DNA of 16,992 bases from Opitutales bacterium. GTDB lineage: Bacteria; Verrucomicrobiota; Verrucomicrobiia; Opitutales; UBA953. The notes beneath the pieces were generated by a model that made no database searches, was not told the DNA's origin, and saw only the letters and a program-made list of their open reading frames with translations. Shown here piece by piece: positions 1 to 6,566 of this stretch (position 1 is its first letter; every line of letters starts with the position of its first letter). Location: assembly GCA_040398005.1 (NCBI GenBank), contig JBBAUX010000008.1, positions 2,063 to 19,054 of the forward strand. Reading direction: 5' to 3'. The translations under genes and the position numbers were made by a program.

Positions 1-14
1 CCCTAACTAATAAT

Positions 15-1118
15 TCAGGGGACACGTGGGCCGACTAAGAGTTTTATAAGTCGATGATTGAGGAAGAGCTTATCGCGACCCACTTTAACTTCTTTAAGGA
101 TGCCAACTTTTACCAGTTGTGCTAAGTAGATTGAGGCCGTCTCACGTTTGGCTATGCTGGAGTCGACTAGGTTTTTAATGCGACAATAAGGTTGTTCAAA
201 AATTATGCGTACCATTTCCTCAGATGGAATGACCGGGCATTTCGTTTTGATTTGAAGATGCGTGGACTCAACGAGCCTATGAATTTCTTCCACCTTTTGA
301 GCGGTCCAAGTGGCTACTTCAACAACGCCATTAAGAATGTATAGTATCCACGGTTCCCAGGCATGACTTCGAGTGACAGCATTAAGTAAGCGATAATACT
401 CCGTGCGGTGAGTTAGGATGTAGCGGCTGAGATAAAGGATGGGCTGTTCGAGTAGGTTGGCCTCGACGAGGTAGAGGCTGTTTAGAATACGCCCCGTGCG
501 ACCATTCCCATCAGTGAAAGGGTGAATCGCTTCGAATTGATAATGCGCCACTGCCATACGAATAAGTGGATCGGGGCCGCGGCTATCGTGCAGATAAGTC
601 TCCCAGTTGCAGAGCATTTTGCGGAGTATGCTTTCACCTACTGGAGGCGTGTAGGTGATCTTTTTACCTTTGGCGAGGTACGTTCCCGGCAGTTTCCGGA
701 TAAGCATGGGTTGACCTTTGATTCGTGAGCAAAGCTGCTGTGCGAGACGCGTGCAGACGGGAAGTTTGGGAAGGCTCCAATAACCTTCCAGTAAAGCTTC
801 GGCATACCGGCCAGCTTCACGAAGGGCTGGGTCAAGGGCGTCGTCTAGGGTGCCACCATTTCGGAAAAGTTCGTCATCGGTAGTTACGATATTCTCAATC
901 TCAGATGAGCAGCGTGCCTCTAGGAGGGGCAGCGTGCGCACAAGGACACCTGGGTTGGGGAGTTTATTTGCTAAACGGTCGAGTTGAGAAAGCGCAGTTC
1001 GAGCTTTAATCGTAGCTTTTAGAATGGCTGGTGTTTCGACAACCACCGCGGGTGGCAAAGGGGGTAGTTCATTATATGGCTGTAATGGATTCCAATTGTT
1101 TTCAGTATGCTTTGCCAT
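15..1118 (-). CDS. fic: Fic family protein adenylyltransferase (SoFic-like: N-terminal autoinhibitory helix, probable C-terminal winged HTH)
   Basis: Canonical Fic motif HPFTDGNGRTGR; inhibitory (S/T)xxxE(G/N) motif SSEIEN; N-terminal PYNELPPLPP and C-terminal 'RETASIYLAQLVKVGILKEVKVGRDKLFLN' typical of this family. Confidence 0.93.
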   Translation of the reverse strand: MAKHTENNWNPLQPYNELPPLPPAVVVETPAILKATIKARTALSQLDRLANKLPNPGVLVRTLPLLEARCSSEIENIVTTDDELFRNGGTLDDALDPALREAGRYAEALLEGYWSLPKLPVCTRLAQQLCSRIKGQPMLIRKLPGTYLAKGKKITYTPPVGESILRKMLCNWETYLHDSRGPDPLIRMAVAHYQFEAIHPFTDGNGRTGRILNSLYLVEANLLEQPILYLSRYILTHRTEYYRLLNAVTRSHAWEPWILYILNGVVEVATWTAQKVEEIHRLVESTHLQIKTKCPVIPSEEMVRIIFEQPYCRIKNLVDSSIAKRETASIYLAQLVKVGILKEVKVGRDKLFLNHRLIKLLVGPRVP

Positions 1119-1138
1119 CGTTTTAGGGTGTATTGGTG

Positions 1139-1168
1139 AATCGACATGTCAAATGAGATATGTCGATT
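1139..1168. promoter_or_regulatory. Imperfect 30-bp inverted repeat upstream of fic, candidate operator
   Basis: AATCGACATGTC (1139-1150) and GATATGTCGATT (1157-1168) are complementary with one mismatch; the repeat lies 20 nt upstream of the fic start codon. Confidence 0.45.
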
Positions 1169-1190
1169 TATGTTAAAATAATAGAGATAA

Positions 1191-1285
1191 CGTGGCCGAT
1201 GGCCACTGGGGGACAAGGTGACAAGTGGGCACGTTGGCAAGGGGAACACCATTGAGGGGACACGGTGACAAGGGGACAAGGGGAG
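1191..1285 (+). repeat. Hairpin plus two octamer (GKKGRCAH) arrays
   Basis: CGTGGCC-GAT-GGCCACT, then GGGGACAA GGTGACAA GTGGGCAC GTTGGCAA GGGGA, then GGGGACAC GGTGACAA GGGGACAA GGGGA. Confidence 0.9.
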
Positions 1286-1339
1286 AGACAGTTACCTGAT
1301 ACGGGTTGCGTTGGGGGGATTTTATAGTAGGATTATATT

Positions 1340-1825
1340 ATGAGAACGACTTGTTTAGTTTGGGTGATGGGGCTTTGTCTGGCTTCTTCGTTGATGGCTG
1401 CCGAAGATAAGAAAAGTGATAAGAAGAATACGACGACTACAACGAACGGCACGATTGATGGTCAAAGAGTGAACACACGTACTTCTACATTTGGAGATGT
1501 CACCACAACCACTGGCACCATGGGTGGTGAGAGGGTAAATACACGCACGTCTACCTTTGGTGGGATTACCACGACCACGGGGACGATTGGTAATAAACGG
1601 ATTGATACTAGGACTTCTACTTTTGGTGGGATAACATCGACGACCGGTAAGCTGGGCGATCAGAGGGTGGATACGCGCACTTCTACGTTTGGTGGTATTA
1701 CAACGACGTCGGGCAAAATTGGTAATGATGCGGTTAAGACAAGGACTTCAACTTTCGGAGGGGTGACAACGACGTCGGGGGATCTGGGCGAAGATGAGAT
1801 TAATTTAAGACAGACGGAATTTTAG
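1340..1825 (+). CDS. Secreted Thr/Gly-rich tandem-repeat protein (about 6 x 22 aa)
   Basis: Signal peptide MRTTCLVWVMGLCLASSLMA/AE; repeats of the form (I/V)TTTTG(T/K)(I/L/M)GxxR(V/I)xTRTSTFGG; the repeat DNA differs mainly at synonymous positions. Confidence 0.8.
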   Translation: MRTTCLVWVMGLCLASSLMAAEDKKSDKKNTTTTTNGTIDGQRVNTRTSTFGDVTTTTGTMGGERVNTRTSTFGGITTTTGTIGNKRIDTRTSTFGGITSTTGKLGDQRVDTRTSTFGGITTTSGKIGNDAVKTRTSTFGGVTTTSGDLGEDEINLRQTEF

Positions 1826-1829
1826 TTAA

Positions 1830-1912
1830 GGGGACAAGGAGCGTGGCCGAAGGCCACGAGGGGACACGGTGACAAGGGGAGAGGCAAAGATACACGGACG
1901 GTGCGCAGTACC
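1830..1912 (+). repeat. Octamer unit, hairpin, octamer array and probable truncated REP
   Basis: GGGGACAA; CGTGGCC-GAA-GGCCACG (1842-1858); A GGGGACAC GGTGACAA GGGGAGAGGCAAAGATACAC; then GGACGGTGC-GCA-GTACC. Confidence 0.85.
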
Positions 1913-2167
1913 TTAGTAGTGGTAGCGTACTTGTAGGATGTAGAGGGTGTTGGCCTCTACGCGGTAAACGAGACGGTGTTCGAGTGTGATTCGTCGTGAC
2001 CACCAGCCGGATAAACTTCCCTTCAGCGGTTCGGGCTTACCGATGCCCGAATGAGGCGACTTTTTAATAGAAGCTATAAGTGTCTGAATTCTTTTAACAA
2101 TGGCGGGCTGATTGCGTTGCCAAAAAACTAAGTCTTCTTCCGCTGCACTGGACCATTTTATTTCCAC
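1913..2167 (-). CDS. yoeB: Txe/YoeB family toxin (ribosome-dependent mRNase)
   Basis: 84 aa; motifs GIGKPEPLK, WSRRIT, EHRLVY and C-terminal RYHY; GTG start overlaps the antitoxin stop codon. Confidence 0.95.
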   Translation of the reverse strand: MEIKWSSAAEEDLVFWQRNQPAIVKRIQTLIASIKKSPHSGIGKPEPLKGSLSGWWSRRITLEHRLVYRVEANTLYILQVRYHY

Positions 2168-2409
2168 GCTTTGCTTTTTTTGAATTTACCAGATGTGAAT
2201 TCATTAATGCCTTTGGCTAGGCGCTTGGCATTCGCGGGTGACGACAGTAAATGCATGGTTTCAACCATCATGGAATATTCTTCGGCGTCCATGAGCACGA
2301 CGGCGGCGGCACCGTTTCGGGTAATCGTGACAGGTTCACGATCCTCGCTGGCTGACTCCATGAGTGAGGCGAGTTGATTGCGGGCATCAGTATAAGAAAC
2401 GGTTTTCAT
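2158..2409 (-). CDS. yefM: Phd/YefM family antitoxin
   Basis: 83 aa from ATG 2409: MKTVSYTDARNQLA, PVTITR, ETMHLLSSPANAKRL. The longer ORF call (start 2550) merely reads through repeat DNA. Confidence 0.93.
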   Translation of the reverse strand: MKTVSYTDARNQLASLMESASEDREPVTITRNGAAAVVLMDAEEYSMMVETMHLLSSPANAKRLAKGINEFTSGKFKKSKAWK

Positions 2410-2444
2410 AGTATCACTAATAGTGTTGTACAGAATTCTGTCAA
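2410..2444 (-). promoter_or_regulatory. yefM-yoeB promoter/operator
   Basis: Minus strand reads TTGACA-16 nt-TATTAG-7 nt-ATG. It contains the TGTACA core (2427-2432) known from E. coli yefM-yoeB operators, plus palindromes ACAGAATTCTGT (2430-2441) and CACTA-A-TAGTG (2415-2425). Confidence 0.6.
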
Positions 2445-2447
2445 TAG

Positions 2448-2630
2448 CGCGACCTTCGGTCGCGAGGGGACACGTGGGCAAGGTGACACGGTGACAAGGG
2501 GAGATGCGAAGAGATAAAGCAGACATTAAATTCATGGGACAAGTGGGCAAGGTGACATGGTGACAAGGGGAACTAGTTCAGGGGGCGAGTTGGCACGTGG
2601 GCAAGGTGACACGGGGACAAGGGGAGATGC
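2448..2630 (+). repeat. Hairpin plus three octamer arrays
   Basis: CGCGACC-TTC-GGTCGCG followed by A GGGGACAC GTGGGCAA GGTGACAC GGTGACAA GGGGAGATGC; further arrays at about 2535-2571 and 2581-2630. Confidence 0.9.
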
Positions 2631-2791
2631 ATTATTTGTGTATGAGTATTTTGATTACGATTTTGGAGATATTTACAGGAACGGGTTGCGGTGGAAAAAA
2701 ATCGTGATACATCAACGGTATTACCTCTGTGGATAAATCCATAAACAGATTCAGATTTTATTTTTAACTTTAACCCTAATCCTATCATAAA

Positions 2792-4330
2792 ATGGCACTC
2801 ATTCATAAACCTGGAACAAGTTGGGACGAAGTGTATCGTCGGGCACGCGCAGCAGCACCCGAAGCTTTTGAAGCCGATCGCGCCGCTAACTTGATTGGCG
2901 GGAAGTGGATATTCGTCGGAGAAACGAAGCCGCATCCTTTGGCTGTCGATGGAACTTTAATTCCGGGCCCACCCCGTATCAGCCGCGAGATTGCGGTCTC
3001 AGCTGTTGAGCAATCCGCTAAGCAACACAAAGAATGGGTGAAAGTTCCGTTGGATGAAAGACAACGTCGGGTAAAGAAATCTTTGGATTATTTACGTGAG
3101 CATCGCGAAGCGATTGTGCATTTGTTAATGTGGGAGATTGGAAAACCCTGGCGCTTGGCTTGTGCCGACTTTGATCGCTGTGTTGAAGGGGTTGATTGGT
3201 ATCTCTGCGAGATTGAAAGGCAGATGCAGGGGAGGGGTCCTTTACCGGGTCCAGTTTCGAATATCGCTTCATGGAATTATCCACTGAGCGTGCTCGTTCA
3301 TGCTGAATTAACGCAGATGTTGGCGGGTAATGCGGTGATTGCAAAGACGCCTTCACAGGGCGGATTCCACGCGCTCACTTTATCACATGCGTTGATGGCG
3401 CGGGCTGGTTTACCGGTCACATTAGTTTCCGGCATTGGCAGTAATTTAAGTGATGCGCTTATTTCTTCCCCGCAACTCGGGGCGCTGGCGTTTGTGGGTG
3501 GACGCTCGAATGGCAGAAAAGCGGCGAGCACTTTGGCGGATTTAAGACGTCGACATATCTTAGAGCAGGAAGGCTTGAACGCTTGGGGCATTTGGAATTT
3601 TTCGCAGTGGGATTTGTTGGCCGGTCATTTGAAAAAAGGTTTCGAGTATGCTAAACAACGTTGTACCGCTTATCCGCGGTATGTGGTGCAGCGCAGATTG
3701 CTGCCCGATTTCCTAGCGACCTATAATAAGGTTATTCAATCGCTGCGCTTTGGTAATCCTTTCGCGGTAGAAAATGCATCGGATGCCTTACCTGATTTCG
3801 ATTTTGGTCCGGTGATCTCCCAGTCCAAGGCGACTGAATTACAGAAGCGTTATGATGAGTCGATTAACACGGGAGGTATTCCGCTGGTCCATGGAGACCT
3901 TGGTGCGGGAAGATTTATTAGTGGTCAGGATACGTCGGGCTATGTGGCACCGGCGTGTGTTTTGAATCCTCCTACTGGATGGGCATTCCATCACAGTGAG
4001 CCCTTTGGACCGATTGATTCCATTGTGATTGTGGATACCGAATCCGAGCTCTTGTCGGCCATGAATGTATCTAATGGATCGCTGGTGGCTTCGATTGCGA
4101 CTGACGATTTAGAATTTGCGGAACGTATTAGACCCGATGTGCAGGCCTTTAAATTCGGGGTGAACGTTCCCCGCAGTCGGGGCGATCGAGCCGAAGTATT
4201 TGGTGGTCGGGGTGCGTCTTGGCGCGGAGCCTTTGTGGGCGGTGACCACCTGATTTCTGCTTTCACTGATGGCGACCAGCCTCTGTTTGGCAACTTCCCC
4301 AACGGCTCGCTTTATCCGGCGAAGACGTAA
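2792..4330 (+). CDS. Aldehyde dehydrogenase family protein (divergent subfamily)
   Basis: Motifs EIGKP, SWNYP (catalytic Asn), AKTP, LEQEG (catalytic Glu), QRCTA (catalytic Cys), EPFGP and GSLVASI. Confidence 0.9.
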   Translation: MALIHKPGTSWDEVYRRARAAAPEAFEADRAANLIGGKWIFVGETKPHPLAVDGTLIPGPPRISREIAVSAVEQSAKQHKEWVKVPLDERQRRVKKSLDYLREHREAIVHLLMWEIGKPWRLACADFDRCVEGVDWYLCEIERQMQGRGPLPGPVSNIASWNYPLSVLVHAELTQMLAGNAVIAKTPSQGGFHALTLSHALMARAGLPVTLVSGIGSNLSDALISSPQLGALAFVGGRSNGRKAASTLADLRRRHILEQEGLNAWGIWNFSQWDLLAGHLKKGFEYAKQRCTAYPRYVVQRRLLPDFLATYNKVIQSLRFGNPFAVENASDALPDFDFGPVISQSKATELQKRYDESINTGGIPLVHGDLGAGRFISGQDTSGYVAPACVLNPPTGWAFHHSEPFGPIDSIVIVDTESELLSAMNVSNGSLVASIATDDLEFAERIRPDVQAFKFGVNVPRSRGDRAEVFGGRGASWRGAFVGGDHLISAFTDGDQPLFGNFPNGSLYPAKT

Positions 4331-4493
4331 CGTGGCCGAAGGCCACGAGGGGACAAGGTACGCGTGCACAGCACGCGAGGGGACACGTGGGCAAGGTGAC
4401 AAGGGGACAAGGGGAGAACAAGTTGAGGTGACACGGTGACATGGGGACAAGGTGACAAGGGGTAGTGAAGGACGCGACGCAGTCGCGCCCCAG
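4331..4493 (+). repeat. Two hairpins, octamer arrays and a degenerate REP
   Basis: CGTGGCC-GAA-GGCCACG (4331-4347) and CGCGTGC-ACA-GCACGCG (4361-4377), each followed by AGGGGACA; arrays run to 4462; GGACGCGAC-GCA-GTCGCGCCCC (4470-4491). Confidence 0.9.
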
Positions 4494-4565
4494 TCTTTAT
4501 AATTAATAACTTAATTTGAAAGGGGCTTAGCGAAGTGCAGAGAACTTCTATGCTGATTGGCGAAC

Positions 4566-4640
4566 GGGCAGCTAGGGTCAGCTGCCCCTACCAGATAATT
4601 CAGGGGACACGTGGGCAAGGTGACATGGGGACAAGGGGGA
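4566..4640. repeat. GTAG-type REP (minus strand) followed by an octamer array
   Basis: GGGCAGCT-AGGGTC-AGCTGCCC-CTAC (4566-4591; reverse strand GTAGGGGCAGCT...); array GGGGACAC GTGGGCAA GGTGACAT GGGGACAA GGGGGA (4603-4640). Confidence 0.8.
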
Positions 4641-4708
4641 TAAAGGGTAGGGGTGTAATTATTATATTATTACAAAAGTAGTATGATTTAATTTAAGCAG
4701 ATTTACTA

Positions 4709-4736
4709 TTGCACATGATTATTTTTGTGCTAGGAA
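4709..4736 (+). promoter_or_regulatory. Putative sigma70 promoter of the rhodopsin gene
   Basis: AT-rich region with TTGCAC (4709-4714), a 16-nt spacer and TGc-TAGGAA (extended -10-like); inverted GCACA/TGTGC half-sites overlap it. Confidence 0.35.
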
Positions 4737-4760
4737 TTAGAACGTACCCCTACAACTACT

Positions 4761-5561
4761 ATGACCTCATACCTAAAATCAGCGTATAATAAGGCATTCA
4801 TGTTCTTCATGTTTTGCTTTATGATCACCCCAGCATCTGTGAAAGCCGCTACACTCGGCGCAGCAGATTTAAAAGCAACTGACTACGTTGGAGTATCCTT
4901 CTGGGTAATCTCCATGGCGTTAGTTGCTGCGACTGCGTTCTTCTTCCTGGAAATCCAGCGCGTGTCTCCTAAGTGGAAAACCTCGTTGACTGTTTCAGGT
5001 TTAGTAACGCTCGTTGCTGCTACTCACTACTTCTACATGCGTGATGTATGGGTCGCTTCACAATCAACCCCTACCGTTTATCGTTATATCGATTGGTTGA
5101 TCACTGTTCCTCTCTTGATGGTTGAGTTCTACATCATCCTCTCAGCTGTAACTAACGTACCTGGTCGCGTTTTCTGGAAATTAATCATCGGTACTTTAGT
5201 CATGCTTATCGGCGGTTATGTTGGTGAAGCCGGTTTAATGGCTGCAACTCCTGCCTTCGTTATCGGCATGGTAGGTTGGGCATACATCATCTTCGAAATC
5301 TATGCTGGTGAAGCTGGTCAAATCAACGCCAACTCGGCAACCCCTGCTGTACAAGAAGCTTTCAAGCTCATGCGCAACATCGTGGTGATTGGTTGGGCGA
5401 TTTATCCTCTTGGATACTACTTCGGTTACATGACTGGTGCTTCTCCTGCAGACAGCCAGAAGACTCTTAACGTTGTCTACAATCTTGCAGATTTCGTGAA
5501 CAAGATCGCCTTCGGTGTTATCATCTGGAAGTGCGCTGTTAGCGAATCCGACAAACGATAA
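4761..5561 (+). CDS. Proteorhodopsin, predicted green-absorbing light-driven H+ pump
   Basis: YRYIDWLITVPLLMVEF gives the D97/T101/E108 (DTE) motif with Leu105; His75 in ATHYFYMR; ADFVNKIAFG holds the counter-ion Asp and Schiff-base Lys; 7 TM segments after an N-terminal leader. Confidence 0.97.
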   Translation: MTSYLKSAYNKAFMFFMFCFMITPASVKAATLGAADLKATDYVGVSFWVISMALVAATAFFFLEIQRVSPKWKTSLTVSGLVTLVAATHYFYMRDVWVASQSTPTVYRYIDWLITVPLLMVEFYIILSAVTNVPGRVFWKLIIGTLVMLIGGYVGEAGLMAATPAFVIGMVGWAYIIFEIYAGEAGQINANSATPAVQEAFKLMRNIVVIGWAIYPLGYYFGYMTGASPADSQKTLNVVYNLADFVNKIAFGVIIWKCAVSESDKR

Positions 5562-5574
5562 GTTTGTGCGAACG

Positions 5575-5615
5575 ATCGGACAATGGAGTCGACTGGCTTC
5601 ATTGTCCGATTTTTT
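5575..5615 (+). terminator. Intrinsic terminator after proteorhodopsin
   Basis: ATCGGACAATGGAGTC-GACT-GGCTTCATTGTCCGAT (16-bp stem with two G-U pairs) followed by a T run. Confidence 0.8.
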
Positions 5616-5687
5616 CGTTTTCAGTATCCGTGGGCCCCTCGCCCTCTTTGTTAGGTAACCTTTAATTTTCGGAACTTACCCCTACCG

Positions 5688-6557
5688 ATGAATACAATCA
5701 CCGACATCACCCAACAAGCGGTTGAACGTCTGATGCTTGATATGGTTATGGTAGCCATAAAGCCAGAAGATCAAGCCATCCCGGCTACGATTAAGGCTGC
5801 GCAATACCACCTAGAAGCAGGCGGACAACGTGTCCGAGCTAAGTTAGCCCTGCATGCCTGTCAGTGCCTTGGAGTTAAGATTGAAGACGCTGTGCGAATC
5901 GCAGCGGCAGTCGAATTACTCCACAATGCATCCCTGGTGCATGACGATTTACAAGACGACGAAAAGCTTCGTCGCGGACTGCCGACCGTATGGGCGGCTT
6001 TTGGCAAAGATGTAGGCATTTGTACGGGCGATATTTTATTATCAGCTGCATACGGTGCGCTTTCCGAAGTCAGTAACCCGAAATTAATCCCAGCGCTCCT
6101 TCGACGCGTCCATGTGCGTACCGCGATGGTGATTCAGGGTCAGTGCTCAGAGCTTTCGGCTAAGGATTGTGCGGTTACCGATTTATCTCAGTATGAGTCG
6201 ATCGTGATTGGTAAATCTGGAGCGCTGTTGAGTCTCCCGATTGAGTTAGCTTTTATCGCGTCGGGACACGAAACGTGGACGAAGCGAATTCAAGATGCGG
6301 CGCATACCTTTGGCGTGGGATATCAAATGGTCGACGACTTAGAAGATATCAAAACCGATACCGAGAAACATAATCTGAATATTGTATTAGTGCTCCAGGC
6401 TTCGGGCGAAGGTCAGCAAGCGACCAAGTTGGCGCGTAAATTCGCCCAACAGTATTTGGATCGGGCGATTTCATTGGCGGAGAGTTTACCGGAAGATTCA
6501 GGATCTTTGTTAGCTGAATTTGCCTTAGTTCTGGGCAAACGACTGAAAGCAGACTAA
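5688..6557 (+). CDS. crtE: Geranylgeranyl pyrophosphate synthase
   Basis: GGQRVR, ELLHNASLVHDDLQD..RRG (first Asp-rich motif), GQ, KSGAL, YQMVDDLED (second motif); first gene of the retinal cluster. Confidence 0.9.
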   Translation: MNTITDITQQAVERLMLDMVMVAIKPEDQAIPATIKAAQYHLEAGGQRVRAKLALHACQCLGVKIEDAVRIAAAVELLHNASLVHDDLQDDEKLRRGLPTVWAAFGKDVGICTGDILLSAAYGALSEVSNPKLIPALLRRVHVRTAMVIQGQCSELSAKDCAVTDLSQYESIVIGKSGALLSLPIELAFIASGHETWTKRIQDAAHTFGVGYQMVDDLEDIKTDTEKHNLNIVLVLQASGEGQQATKLARKFAQQYLDRAISLAESLPEDSGSLLAEFALVLGKRLKAD

Positions 6558-6566
6558 GTTTTCGGC

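Noticed and set aside
1340..1825. Repeat protein as an outer-membrane beta-barrel (C-terminal Phe)
   Set aside because: The strands lack an alternating hydrophobic lipid-facing pattern.
2474..2483. Octamers as classical KOPS (GGGNAGGG) or Chi (GCTGGTGG)
   Set aside because: GGGCAAGG and GGGACAAG do not match either consensus; only the polarity is analogous.
2410..2550. N-terminal extension of YefM, and similar extensions at 11306-11335 and 11497-11532
   Set aside because: These are read-through of repeat or upstream DNA (e.g. PTCP/SPCHRV peptides); family-consistent starts lie downstream.
1..2630. Integron cassette array (small genes and a TA pair between co-oriented repeats)
   Set aside because: No RYYYAAC...GTTRRRY attC structure or integrase is visible, and the same repeats also flank the core lpx operon.
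2728..2736. DnaA-box match TGTGGATAA (another, TTATTCACA, at 16901-16909)
   Set aside because: These are isolated single boxes with no cluster, unwinding element or dnaA context, so they do not indicate an origin.
1019..4450. Short ORFs 1019-1279, 1800-2003, 2573-2935 and 4109-4450 (also 13031-13216)
   Set aside because: They are translations of the repeat's minus strand and overlap well-supported genes.
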